From: a virus
Lineage: Duplodnaviria > Caudoviricetes
IMG/VR virus record: IMGVR_UViG_3300025543_000034
Coordinates: 1 to 54,412 of that record
Direction: 5' to 3' (one strand)
DNA: 54,412 bases
Shown: piece after piece, positions 19,788 to 29,667 of the stretch
Numbering within the stretch: the first letter of the stretch is position 1
Layout of the letters: every line of letters starts with the position of its first letter
Notes under the pieces: model-generated
Database searches by the model: none
Told to the model about the DNA's origin: nothing
Seen by the model: only the letters and a program-made list of their open reading frames with translations
Program-made: the position numbers and the translations under genes

Positions 19788-21266
19788 CTAGCTTTGGAAT
19801 AACACGAAGTTATTAGCAGCTTGAGTAACTAAACATCTCTCTGATAACCAGTTTACGATCATCGAGTCAATTTCAGAAGTGTAAGCACCACCAGCAGTAC
19901 CAGTGATCCAGTTTTTGTATCTTCTGTCATCTCCTTGAGAAGCTCTATATCTTACGTGTAAGAATGGTCTTCTAATGTTTGTACCTAAAATTTGGTCATA
20001 AACTGTAGAAGTTCCCGCAGGAATTAATACACCATCGATATTGTTTACAGCTACTGCACCTCTTGTTGAAGCATCATTTAAGTATTTCCAGCTAGTTTTG
20101 TAGAAGTCATAAGAACCTCTTCTGAAACCAGAGAAACCTAAATTTAAAGCCATATCCTCAGAATTTTCAAATAAACCGTAAGCAGTTCCACCAGATTGTC
20201 CAGCAGAAATTTGGCTTAGCATATCATCGAATTCTAAGTCTGTATCTCTATTTAAGAATAACATGTTTTCTTCAATAGCACCTTGTGTATCAAGGTTTTT
20301 AAGTATTTGATCGAAATCAGAAATACCCGTAGCACCTTGGAATCCACTCATGATATTACCTCTATTAGTAATAGCTTGGAAAAGACCTTCAGTACCGTGA
20401 GCGTTGATAGTAGCTGAGAATCCAGGTACGTTAGCTGCTTGAGCAACAAAACCACCATTAGCATCAGCTAGTTCACCTTCAACCATTGCCATTTCTAAGT
20501 AATCGTCGAAACGTAATCTTGTTTCAGACTCAGACTTTAAATACCATAAGTATCCCGATGTTCCATCCTCTGTAGCAACTTCTACCCATCCAATCTGTGC
20601 CATATCAGAACCATTGATTTCAAATCTATCTTTGATAATGATTGGTTGATTAGAGTATTGAGTAAATTGTGGCTGTACTGAGAAGTTTCCGCTTCCAGTT
20701 CCTTTAGCAAATAAAGAACCATAAACGAATATCTTTAATCCAGCAGCACCTGCAGCAGCAGCAATACCTAAAGTATCCCAGTTAGCAGCAGTAAATGGAT
20801 AAGCAGTAACGTTAGTTAAAGCACCATTTGCAGCTACGGCACCAACAATACCTTTTAATGTAACGCCAGTAGTTGGGTTCATTACAACGATAGTATCGTT
20901 AGGAGCAATTGCATTTTTAATAGAAGTTGCACCAACAGCAGCGTTAGTAGGTACACTGAAAACAAAAGTTCCAGCACCAGGTCCTGTTAATGTACACCCT
21001 GTATAAGAGATGTGTAATCTATTTTGTTCTGACCAGATAACTTGATCAGACGTCATTGGCATTTCAGCGCCAACCATTTTTAAGAAACCACCTAAAGTTC
21101 TGTTTCCATATCTTTCTACCTCAGCTTCATATACTTCAGGTAAATACTGTTGTGCGAAATCGTTTGCACCTGCAGCAGCAGTGTTAAACGCTAGGTAGTT
21201 ATTAGCTAGCGGTAGTTGAGTTTGAGAAGGTACTATACTTCCAAACACCGGAGCGATTTGTCCCAT
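19788..21266 (-). CDS. Major capsid protein
   Basis: 492 aa after portal and scaffold; strongly biased codons (TTC, AAC, GCT); ERYGNRT, GTEGLF, LGFSGFRRG, WLSERCL; followed by a strong terminator. Confidence 0.85.
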   Translation of the reverse strand: MGQIAPVFGSIVPSQTQLPLANNYLAFNTAAAGANDFAQQYLPEVYEAEVERYGNRTLGGFLKMVGAEMPMTSDQVIWSEQNRLHISYTGCTLTGPGAGTFVFSVPTNAAVGATSIKNAIAPNDTIVVMNPTTGVTLKGIVGAVAANGALTNVTAYPFTAANWDTLGIAAAAGAAGLKIFVYGSLFAKGTGSGNFSVQPQFTQYSNQPIIIKDRFEINGSDMAQIGWVEVATEDGTSGYLWYLKSESETRLRFDDYLEMAMVEGELADANGGFVAQAANVPGFSATINAHGTEGLFQAITNRGNIMSGFQGATGISDFDQILKNLDTQGAIEENMLFLNRDTDLEFDDMLSQISAGQSGGTAYGLFENSEDMALNLGFSGFRRGSYDFYKTSWKYLNDASTRGAVAVNNIDGVLIPAGTSTVYDQILGTNIRRPFLHVRYRASQGDDRRYKNWITGTAGGAYTSEIDSMIVNWLSERCLVTQAANNFVLFQS

Positions 21267-21280
21267 AATTAATAATTGTT

Positions 21281-22468
21281 TTAGTTAAATTTTCTTGTTT
21301 TAATTTTCAATTTTGAAGAATCAAGACCACTGATCGATTTAACTTTTAATCCGCCAATATAAACATCACTTGGAGCAGTAGCTCTAGCTTCATTGCTTAT
21401 ATTTTTAGATTTAGCAGCAACATCTCTTATAGCATCGGCTTTACCTTGCTCGTAAAAATGTTGTGCAATAGTATCTGCATTTTCAGCGGCATACATAGCT
21501 TTGTGATAACCCTGAACATCTGTTACATCTCCTTTATCGTTTAAGAACTTCTTAATTATATTAGAAATGTTTGATTGGTTATCCGCAACTTCACTAGGGT
21601 TTTTAACTCCATATCTAAATTTCTTTTCTCCTAATTTAAAATCAAAACCTTTGAATTCATTAGTAAAATAATCTTTAGTATTAGATTTAAAAGTTTCATG
21701 CTGTTGCTGAGCTACATCTTGCTCTTCGTTGTAGCGATTGAAAAAATCCATAGCCTTTTTTTGTTCTTGAGTTACTCCGGGTCTCAACTTGATTTCGTCG
21801 TAATATTGACTCTTTAAACCATCTAAATGCTTGCGGGCTTTTGCAACCTCTTCTTTGTATGCAAGTTTCTTCTTTCGAATATCTCTTGCTTCATCTAACT
21901 CTTCATCATATTTAAAATTATCTTCCATAAGGAAACTAATTTCTTCTGAATCTAAGTGAGATTTAGTTTGTTTATAATACTCTCTTAATAAAGTATCATT
22001 GTCTACATTAGAATAATCAGCGTTTAATCTTACGTAATCTTCTAACGTTCCACCTGTTTCTTTCATAAAGTCTACGACTTTTTCAATGTTTTCAGGTAGA
22101 TTAATATCTTGTTTAGGTAACTCATCAGATACTTTAGCCACTGGCTTTTCTGATGTTTGTACCATTTCTTCGCCTATGTTTACGATCTCTTCTTCAGGTT
22201 TTTCTTCAATTATTTCTTCAATAACTGGTTTTACTTCTTCGGTGGACCGTACTTCTTTAGCCACTTCTTTGCTGTCGACACTGTTTTCTTGCTTTTCGAC
22301 AACAACATCGCTATCATTTGTCTCTTGTGTTTGAATGGCATCTTGTTCTTCTATTTTAGGTTGTGATAAATCTACTTTTATAGGTTCATCATTTCTTGAT
22401 AAATTTTTAGGTTTAAGCATTTTAGCTTTTACCTTAAGCTTTCCAGCTTTTTCTTGTGTTTGTGACAT
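21281..22468 (-). CDS. Capsid scaffolding protein
   Basis: Acidic low-complexity N-terminus and helical C-terminus; lies between portal and MCP. Confidence 0.7.
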   Translation of the reverse strand: MSQTQEKAGKLKVKAKMLKPKNLSRNDEPIKVDLSQPKIEEQDAIQTQETNDSDVVVEKQENSVDSKEVAKEVRSTEEVKPVIEEIIEEKPEEEIVNIGEEMVQTSEKPVAKVSDELPKQDINLPENIEKVVDFMKETGGTLEDYVRLNADYSNVDNDTLLREYYKQTKSHLDSEEISFLMEDNFKYDEELDEARDIRKKKLAYKEEVAKARKHLDGLKSQYYDEIKLRPGVTQEQKKAMDFFNRYNEEQDVAQQQHETFKSNTKDYFTNEFKGFDFKLGEKKFRYGVKNPSEVADNQSNISNIIKKFLNDKGDVTDVQGYHKAMYAAENADTIAQHFYEQGKADAIRDVAAKSKNISNEARATAPSDVYIGGLKVKSISGLDSSKLKIKTRKFN

Positions 22469-22496
22469 AATAAAATAATATAAAAATTAATATAAA

Positions 22497-24866
22497 TTAC
22501 GCAGGTATTTCTCCTTGCGTTTCAAAATTAGTAGGCGGAAGATCATTTTGTCTTTGACTAATTAATTTTGACTGTTGTGTAGCTTGCATTTCAGTTCGTT
22601 TATCTTTACGATCCTCTATTTGAGCTTCTTTTTTGGTGTTTGTATCTACATCCATTTGTTTAAGTTTCATATCATACTCAAATTCTTGAGCCATTAATTG
22701 TAACTTAAGTTGGTTTTCAGTTTGCATTCTTTGAATTTCAAACTGGGATTTTGCTTGTTCTATTTGTGTTTGAGTTTGAGCTAAGGCTTCACCTTTCTGC
22801 ACCTCTTGCATAGATGCTCTTTCAGATGCTTCAGCATTTGAATCAGCTTGTGCTTGTATATTAGCCATTTGAGCTTGTTGATCAGCTTCTTGCTTTTTAA
22901 CTCTTTTGTATTTTAATACTTGATTAGCTAATGTTAAGTTTCTTATTTCTCTAATATCAATAGCATCTTCAAGATATATTTGATTTTGTTGCAAAGCCAT
23001 TTGAATATTTTGTTCAAGCATAGCTTTTTCTTCTTCTTCTGGTTCTAAATCTAAGTATATACCAAAATCATAAAGATGTAAATCATCTATTTCATGTAAA
23101 GTTGCTACATTAAATTTACCTATTGCCGCTTTTAAAGCATTATTAGTTAAATCAAAATCAAGCATATCAGCTATTCTTAGCGATATATTTTCACATGTTC
23201 TTAATGTTAGATATAAACTAGCATTTAAAATATGTTTAGTAGCTATATTAGAAGCATTGGCAGCCATTTTTTGCAATCCGACTAAAGCGTCTTTGTCTGG
23301 TAAACTGCCGTCTCGCGCTTCATTAAGACCTGTTACGTCTCTTATCATCTGTAAATAATACTGATAAGTATTAATTAATGATGCTATTTTTCCATTAGCA
23401 CTAGATGTTTGTAATTCTTGAATAGGTACTTTACCTCTGTTAGGATCACCATCTTGTGTTAATGATCTACCAACTATACTACCAGTTTGAAAATACATGT
23501 TTAATGCCTCCTGTGGATTGTAATTAGTACCATTACCTAAATCAACCTCTGCTAAACCATCTACATCTACAAACACACCATCTGGAACCATTCTAGCAAT
23601 CACCTGTTGTAATTTAAGTGATGTAAGCTGTATCATATCAGCAAAACCAGTTATACGTCCCACAAGTGAATCTATACGACCTTGATACATATGAGGTGCA
23701 ACAATGTTGTAATTCATATTTACCTTAGTTAAATCACTTTTAGGTCTTGTCATGTTCTCTGACATTTCCCATCTTAACATTTGTTCAACACCCATAACTT
23801 TAGCTCCAGTAAACAATACCTCTATTGTTCTTGAAACTCTTTCAAAGTTATCATTTTCAGGTGGATTAAACGTATCTGGTTTTTCTAACACTTTTTCTAA
23901 ACCATTATCTGTATTTTTAACTTTAAATACTTGGTCTATGTAAGATTTATATTCAAAATAAATAACCTGAACTAAATCATTATCTGAATTAGGAGATCTC
24001 ATGTAAGCTTCTCTACCAGGATATTTTTGTATTTTTTTAAGTTCTTCGTTAGTTAAATTAGGAAATTCCTTTTTTAACTCAGGTATTGTAATAGATTTTA
24101 TTTCACCTACATAATAAAGATCTTGAAAATTAGGATCATTTGTATATGAATAAACTAAATTAGCAGGATCAACATAGTCAATTACCACTCCTTCAGCTTT
24201 GTTAAAACTAGTTTTTACAGCTCCAATACCTACTGTAACTATATCTTCTGTAACTCTTTTGTTAATTAATTCGTATTTATTAAAATCTAATACGTTGTTA
24301 ATAACTTCTTCTTCAGCAATTTCTACAGATTGTTTATAGTTTAATTGCATATGCACCTCAAGTTCTTCTTTTGACTGTGGTAAATTAGTAGGATCAACTA
24401 CATTATAAACATCCACACCTAAATTTTGCTTTATATTATCAAGTAAAGGCTTTGATAACATGTCTCTTAATATAGACGAAGCATAGTTAGTTCTTTGTTT
24501 TTGTGAAAAAGGATCTTGAGCGTAAGCTTTTATATCATAATTTTTTGATGATATACCGTTAACAACTATATCCACAAATTTTGGGATAATAGGTACTGGC
24601 TTCCAGTCTAAATTTAAATAAGATAAATCACCGTTAATTGATAATTCATCTTTATATTTTTGTACAGGTTGTTCACCTCTAGCGTATAATCTTAATCTAT
24701 TAAAGTTTTGAAAACCTTTTTGCCATCTCGTCCCGTTAACTCTTCCACCTCTAAACCATTCATATTCAATGGCTTGCCCTACTTGCAGACCATACTCTAA
24801 ACTAAGCTTTTCTGCGACAGGTACCACCTGACTAGGAAAGGAACTATTAGTACTCGTATTAATCAT
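22497..24866 (-). CDS. Portal protein
   Basis: 789 aa directly after TerL; PIIPKFVDIVVNG, IRDVTGLNEARDG, Gln-rich coiled-coil C-terminus. Confidence 0.85.
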   Translation of the reverse strand: MINTSTNSSFPSQVVPVAEKLSLEYGLQVGQAIEYEWFRGGRVNGTRWQKGFQNFNRLRLYARGEQPVQKYKDELSINGDLSYLNLDWKPVPIIPKFVDIVVNGISSKNYDIKAYAQDPFSQKQRTNYASSILRDMLSKPLLDNIKQNLGVDVYNVVDPTNLPQSKEELEVHMQLNYKQSVEIAEEEVINNVLDFNKYELINKRVTEDIVTVGIGAVKTSFNKAEGVVIDYVDPANLVYSYTNDPNFQDLYYVGEIKSITIPELKKEFPNLTNEELKKIQKYPGREAYMRSPNSDNDLVQVIYFEYKSYIDQVFKVKNTDNGLEKVLEKPDTFNPPENDNFERVSRTIEVLFTGAKVMGVEQMLRWEMSENMTRPKSDLTKVNMNYNIVAPHMYQGRIDSLVGRITGFADMIQLTSLKLQQVIARMVPDGVFVDVDGLAEVDLGNGTNYNPQEALNMYFQTGSIVGRSLTQDGDPNRGKVPIQELQTSSANGKIASLINTYQYYLQMIRDVTGLNEARDGSLPDKDALVGLQKMAANASNIATKHILNASLYLTLRTCENISLRIADMLDFDLTNNALKAAIGKFNVATLHEIDDLHLYDFGIYLDLEPEEEEKAMLEQNIQMALQQNQIYLEDAIDIREIRNLTLANQVLKYKRVKKQEADQQAQMANIQAQADSNAEASERASMQEVQKGEALAQTQTQIEQAKSQFEIQRMQTENQLKLQLMAQEFEYDMKLKQMDVDTNTKKEAQIEDRKDKRTEMQATQQSKLISQRQNDLPPTNFETQGEIPA

Positions 24867-27071
24867 CTAATTAATTATTTTTGATTTATAACCTTTGTTG
24901 TCATATTTAGAAAAATTTAAACTTACTTTTTCTTTTATAATTTCAGGCACAGGTCTATATTTATTTTTATTACAAGCCATGATAGCTAAGCCAGAGCTTA
25001 TAGATGCATCATGTTTTGTTCTTTTGTTTATATCAAATGCAGCCCAGTCTTCTAATGTTCTTTGAAAATACATTGTTCCATATTGTTCGTTATTATAACC
25101 AACAAACATTTCAATATAAGATTCAATAGCCGCAGCGTGAGCTTGCTTAACATCTTCACTTGAATTAGGTATACCACCTATTTCTTTTTCAGTTACAGAT
25201 AATTTATACATTGTTTTATCTGGTCTGTTCATAGAGTAACCTCTATAACCTCTTCTTTTTAAATGATATAATAATCTAGGTTTATTATTTTCAGCAAGTA
25301 TTGGCATACCATAAAAATGTAATGCCATAAGTACATCTTCAAAAAATGTTTCAGCTGTTTGTGGTCTAGCTATATATTCTAAAAAAAATAAGTTAGGTGG
25401 ACAAGTGTCCATAGTAAACTTAGTTAAACCATGTAATGCACCTTTTGATCCTCTACCATCTACTGTTCCTGATATATCATATGAGTCACATCCAAACGCT
25501 CCCATGTGTTCATTAGCAGGATATTTCATACCATTTTTAACAATAAATCTATTTTGTTGTTGAACATCTGGTACCCAAGAAACTAAAAATCTACCTTGTT
25601 TGCTAGGAACAAACTGAACGCTTGTATCTCTAATCCCACCTTCCCACATAAAATTACCTTGTGTAACAACATTAGAATTTTTTAAATCTTCATTATAATC
25701 TATTTGTTCGTAGATTTTTGTTAAATTAAATAAAGATTGTTTTGTCTCATCTCTAAAAGCATGTTTTTCTGTACGTGGAAACTGTCTATATAATTCATTA
25801 AGTGCATCAGGATCATTCTTAAGGCCATCTACTTCATTTTCCCAGTGTTCGATAACACCGATTTCAATGGGGAAACCATCTGGCCCTTTTTTAGGTTTTT
25901 CCGGTGTCTCAAAGACAGGTAATCCATAAGAATCAATGTATCCTTCGTAATTCCACTCCATAGGAATGAACAGGCTATATAATCCCGAGCTAGTCTGCCC
26001 GTTGCGGTTTCTTCTGGTAACGTCTGAGTCATCATATAATTTTTTATAATTTCTACCTCCTTTATCTAAAGCATTTGACGTTGAGCCCATCATACACTTA
26101 CCTATAATTCTAGAACCTAATCGTAAACAAGTTTTTGTAACCCTCCAGTTATTTAGTATATTGTCAGGTTTTTCCCATTTACCAGACTCATCGTGTACAA
26201 GTAGTTTTAATTTTTCACCATCATAACTGTTGTCTCCTGTATTTTTCCAGTCAATAGTTGTATCTAATCCTTCTAATTCTTCAAGTTGTTCGTTACTATC
26301 TAGTTTACGTCTTGTAAACCTACTAGCAGGAACCCTGTAAGCAAGTTCTGTTTTTGGTCGATCCATACCGTCTTGAATCGGTTTGAAGAAAAACGGATAG
26401 TTGACGGAAATTGGTACGATTTTATCGGTAAACATTTTTTTCGCATCAGCCCCTGACTTTGATAAGACACCGTATCTAGCATCACTAGAGATAGTGGCAA
26501 GGTTGACAGTTTCGCCTGATGCCATGAATGAAAAACCAGACCGTCTGTTTTTGAGGTAGCACATTCCGTAGCAACGTTTATCTGCTTTACAAGCTTCCCA
26601 GAATATAAAGAATAATCTGTTTGCTTCCCTAAAATCTGCTTGCCCAACATCAATCTTGGACCACTGCAGGTACATGTAATGAGTACCAGTAATATAAGTA
26701 GCTTTACCTTTATTAGTGAACCAATAGCCTTCGTGGCGCCTGGCAAATTCTCTATCAATATACGCATACCATTTTTCTTTAAAATCATCTGGATATTGTT
26801 TCCAGTCAAATATTGTTTTAATTTTTTTTAATGCTTTTGGATACTCATGTACTTGCCATTTATCGTAATCCTTATTAACATCTTTTTCTTTTGGTAATGC
26901 TATTTTTAAATTTTGTATTTCATAAACTTCACCTATTTGACCACTCTTAGATATAACTATAACATCGTGTTCTTTGTTATAACCGTACTCCCATTTTTTA
27001 GATTTATTTAATCTTTTTATTACATGGGGTTTTATATGGTCAATTACCTTATATAAAGTTTGCTTATACAT
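24867..27071 (-). CDS. terL: Terminase large subunit
   Basis: Walker A-like KNRRSGFS, Walker B LLVHDESGK, motif III MGST, RNase H-like GCDSYD..ENN..HD. Confidence 0.9.
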   Translation of the reverse strand: MYKQTLYKVIDHIKPHVIKRLNKSKKWEYGYNKEHDVIVISKSGQIGEVYEIQNLKIALPKEKDVNKDYDKWQVHEYPKALKKIKTIFDWKQYPDDFKEKWYAYIDREFARRHEGYWFTNKGKATYITGTHYMYLQWSKIDVGQADFREANRLFFIFWEACKADKRCYGMCYLKNRRSGFSFMASGETVNLATISSDARYGVLSKSGADAKKMFTDKIVPISVNYPFFFKPIQDGMDRPKTELAYRVPASRFTRRKLDSNEQLEELEGLDTTIDWKNTGDNSYDGEKLKLLVHDESGKWEKPDNILNNWRVTKTCLRLGSRIIGKCMMGSTSNALDKGGRNYKKLYDDSDVTRRNRNGQTSSGLYSLFIPMEWNYEGYIDSYGLPVFETPEKPKKGPDGFPIEIGVIEHWENEVDGLKNDPDALNELYRQFPRTEKHAFRDETKQSLFNLTKIYEQIDYNEDLKNSNVVTQGNFMWEGGIRDTSVQFVPSKQGRFLVSWVPDVQQQNRFIVKNGMKYPANEHMGAFGCDSYDISGTVDGRGSKGALHGLTKFTMDTCPPNLFFLEYIARPQTAETFFEDVLMALHFYGMPILAENNKPRLLYHLKRRGYRGYSMNRPDKTMYKLSVTEKEIGGIPNSSEDVKQAHAAAIESYIEMFVGYNNEQYGTMYFQRTLEDWAAFDINKRTKHDASISSGLAIMACNKNKYRPVPEIIKEKVSLNFSKYDNKGYKSKIIN

Positions 27072-27346
27072 TATTTAGATCTTCTTTCTGCAAATCCTCC
27101 AAAAGCTTCTTTTTTCTTTTCTTCTTTTGGTTTATCATTTAACATATCTTCTTCTTCTTTAATACGATTAAGTATTTCAAAAGCATCAAATATAGCTAGC
27201 TTTTTTGTTGCCGCTGCATTTTTTAATCTATCAGCTGATATGTCATCATCAGAATCAACTATAGCTTCTTTAGCTACCTTTATAAGTTCTTCAACCGCTC
27301 TGTGCCCAGCTTGGATTATATTCTTTTTCGTTTCCTTGACGTTCAT
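27071..27346 (-). CDS. Probable terminase small subunit
   Basis: 91-aa helical ORF coupled (TAATG) to TerL. Confidence 0.55.
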   Translation of the reverse strand: MNVKETKKNIIQAGHRAVEELIKVAKEAIVDSDDDISADRLKNAAATKKLAIFDAFEILNRIKEEEDMLNDKPKEEKKKEAFGGFAERRSK

Positions 27347-27896
27347 ATTTAATTACAATATCATTTGATTTCATACAATAAAGACGCTTGCCATCCACTA
27401 TAAAATCATATTCACCAAACGGTGTGTAACCAACTAGGTCTCCCTCGTATATTTCTAACGCTTCTAAGGAACTATTACCATATTTTAGTATACCAATGAG
27501 TCTTTCTTCTAAATTAGCGTCTAGATCGTCATTGTTATGAATCGGATTTATAAAGCATCTATCACCAAAAGCTTTCCATTTGTCTTTAGATTTATATAAA
27601 TAAACTTGATTTAATTGAACAAAATACATACCGTCTTTAAAATAAGACTTACTATTTTTCTCTTGCCCTCTTATATCAAAAAATCTTCTAAACACATTAT
27701 GATGAATCATAATTAAATCACCTGGTTTTACAGGTGTTTTATAAGCTTTGGGTACAGCTATAACTTTAGCTATGTTATTAACAGATTTAAAACTTTCTGA
27801 TTTAGTGTTAATTATTAGGCTTTTGTCACCTACCTTAACTTCATTATTATATCGCTGGCCGTAAGGCTCAACGATAAAATCAAAAATACTTTTCAT
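27291..27896 (-). CDS. Tandem GroES-like (double co-chaperonin domain) protein
   Basis: Two GroES-like halves: FIVEP..AKVIAVP..VKPGDLI and AFGDRCFINP..IYEGDLVGY..VDGKRLYCMKSNDIV. Confidence 0.55.
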   Translation of the reverse strand: MKSIFDFIVEPYGQRYNNEVKVGDKSLIINTKSESFKSVNNIAKVIAVPKAYKTPVKPGDLIMIHHNVFRRFFDIRGQEKNSKSYFKDGMYFVQLNQVYLYKSKDKWKAFGDRCFINPIHNNDDLDANLEERLIGILKYGNSSLEALEIYEGDLVGYTPFGEYDFIVDGKRLYCMKSNDIVIKYERQGNEKEYNPSWAQSG

Positions 27897-28123
27897 TAGT
27901 ATTCTAAATCATACTCAACGGATATAGCCATGTTAGAATTAAATTTCTTCCATGGCAATACCTCGTTGTTTTTTTTAATGTAAATGTTATAAGAATTATC
28001 TTCTGAGTCAAAAAGTATATGAGATATAGTGTGACCTCCATATACTGATTGAGTTAGAGAATAATGCATTGCATCAGTTTTATAATCAGATCCAATGCTG
28101 ATCTTTCTAATAACAGATGACAT
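27896..28123 (-). CDS. Hypothetical protein
   Basis: 75 aa, TAATG-coupled on both sides. Confidence 0.7.
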   Translation of the reverse strand: MSSVIRKISIGSDYKTDAMHYSLTQSVYGGHTISHILFDSEDNSYNIYIKKNNEVLPWKKFNSNMAISVEYDLEY

Positions 28124-28377
28124 TACTCCTTAACTTCTTCTTCTTTTTCGATAGGAGTATAAGAACCGTCTTCAAGATTAATGTTAATCGAACCGTATTC
28201 TTCTTCTAGTTCTTTTTTAAAGTCTTCAGTTTTTTTGTTAACTTCATGGAACTTAGCTAATACTGCGGTTTTTTGGGCTTCTAAGAAACCTGTTTCATTT
28301 AAAAGTTTGTTTAACTCTTTTTGAAAATCTTGAATCTTTTCTAATTGGTCTTTGGAAATTGATTTTACTTCACTCAT
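28123..28377 (-). CDS. Small coiled-coil protein
   Basis: 84 aa, charged heptads, EEEYGSININLEDGS end. Confidence 0.7.
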   Translation of the reverse strand: MSEVKSISKDQLEKIQDFQKELNKLLNETGFLEAQKTAVLAKFHEVNKKTEDFKKELEEEYGSININLEDGSYTPIEKEEEVKE

Positions 28378-28411
28378 TTTAATTTAATTTAATTGGTTAT
28401 TAATGTATTAA

Positions 28412-28440
28412 TATAGTTACAGGTTTTATTTATTTTTTAA
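28412..28440 (-). promoter_or_regulatory. Putative late promoter
   Basis: TTAA-N16-GTAACTATA. Confidence 0.5.
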
Positions 28441-28891
28441 ATATACTTGTAACTTTTTCACTACTTCGTCCACCGAAATAAGCTAAAACAACAGCCATCA
28501 TTACTTTTTCAAACGTGTCGTTCCAGGTTACTCCTATGTGAAATGGTATTGATTCAACGCTGTCTAATATACCAGCTAATGAAAATATAACAATACACCA
28601 CACTAATACTAATGGGCGTACGTTTTTAGAAAGCCATGAATCTGATATTGAATCGGCTTGCCATCTTGATGTAACAGCTTCCATTTCTTTATTTTGTTGT
28701 TCAAATATAAGCTGTTGTAGTTTTATTTTATCTTCACCACTTGCATCAGATTTACCGATAGCAGCAATAGCTTCAGCTGGTGAAGTTACACCACTTAGTA
28801 CACTACCTAATGCAGGGTTGACTAATGATGCGGCACCAAACAATAGTTTACCTACTGTTGTATCTTTAAATTTTTTTTTAGGATCTGGCAT
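28430..28891 (-). CDS. Holin-like protein (GTA-type 3TM holin family)
   Basis: RWQADSISDSWLSKNVRPLVL and YFGGRSSEK motifs with two C-terminal TMs; start reassigned to MPDPKK at 28891. Confidence 0.7.
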   Translation of the reverse strand: MPDPKKKFKDTTVGKLLFGAASLVNPALGSVLSGVTSPAEAIAAIGKSDASGEDKIKLQQLIFEQQNKEMEAVTSRWQADSISDSWLSKNVRPLVLVWCIVIFSLAGILDSVESIPFHIGVTWNDTFEKVMMAVVLAYFGGRSSEKVTSIFKK

Positions 28892-29186
28892 AAGCTTCTT
28901 TTTCCCAAGGAAGATTTTTAGCACCTTCCTCCATTGTTTTTCTTGAGTAACGTTTACCTCTCCAGTAAACATTATTATCATCATAATCCAAATCACCTCG
29001 CTTCATTTGATCTATATGAATCTTTTCATGAGCGACTACACCTTGTATTTGCTTTGGATCTTTAATATCTTTATTAATTAAAATACTTCCGTTTCTGTCT
29101 GCTTTTCCTAATACACCTTCTTCTAAACTTACATTGTAAATTGGAGTGTTATCGATAACGTATGGTGGATTTATTTTAAAAGCCAT
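28878..29186 (-). CDS. Small zincin metallopeptidase-like protein
   Basis: VVAHEKIH (HExxH) plus downstream PWEKEAY; N-terminus MAFKINPPY. Confidence 0.7.
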   Translation of the reverse strand: MAFKINPPYVIDNTPIYNVSLEEGVLGKADRNGSILINKDIKDPKQIQGVVAHEKIHIDQMKRGDLDYDDNNVYWRGKRYSRKTMEEGAKNLPWEKEAYARS

Positions 29187-29338
29187 TACTTTCCAGGAAA
29201 TAATTTATTAAGTTTTTCTTTACGCTGTTGACAGCCACAGGGTATGTTTAAACCCTGTGATACTGAATCAACAACTTTTTTAATTCCAGTTGCCTTAGTG
29301 AAATCTTCTATTCTATCACCTAAGCCTTTTGGTTTCAT
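29186..29338 (-). CDS. Small protein with CGC motif (not in ORF track)
   Basis: MKPKGLGDRIEDFTKATGIKKVVDSVSQGLNIPCGCQQRKEKLNKLFPGK; TAATG overlaps on both sides. Confidence 0.75.
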   Translation of the reverse strand: MKPKGLGDRIEDFTKATGIKKVVDSVSQGLNIPCGCQQRKEKLNKLFPGK

Positions 29339-29625
29339 TACGACCAAACAACGTTTGAAACTTCTATTCCTGATGGAAGCTTAACTTTAGCTTTTACACC
29401 ACCTGGATTAGCAGTTAATGCGTAGTTGATCGCGTCTCTTACAGACGGAGTAGTTCCTGTTGAACCGTGAGTAATTGTACATTCGTCGATTACACCACCG
29501 TCTAATTTGATAACTGTACTTGTTCCTGAAGCTGCGTCAACACCTACGATGCCGTCAACTCCGATTAAAACATCACCTCCATCAAGACCTGATCCTGATG
29601 AATGAATTGAGATAAATTTTGCCAT
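29338..29625 (-). CDS. Small beta-rich probable structural protein
   Basis: 95 aa, Gly/Val/Ser-rich, codon bias like the MCP gene. Confidence 0.55.
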   Translation of the reverse strand: MAKFISIHSSGSGLDGGDVLIGVDGIVGVDAASGTSTVIKLDGGVIDECTITHGSTGTTPSVRDAINYALTANPGGVKAKVKLPSGIEVSNVVWS

Positions 29626-29667
29626 AATAATTGATTTTTGTTTGTTGTTAATGTTTATTGATTGTTG

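Noticed and set aside
12284-19790. Stop-codon reassignment (TAG read-through) as in some crAss-like phages
   Set aside because: Genes are full length in the standard code, and TAG stops are followed by in-frame TAA, new genes or a terminator
22480-22520. Late promoter upstream of the scaffold gene
   Set aside because: GTAATTTAT does not fit GTRAY-NN-TA
28892-28996. N-terminal extension of the holin in the ORF track
   Set aside because: Overlaps the zincin gene out of frame; MPDPKK at 28891 is the more plausible start
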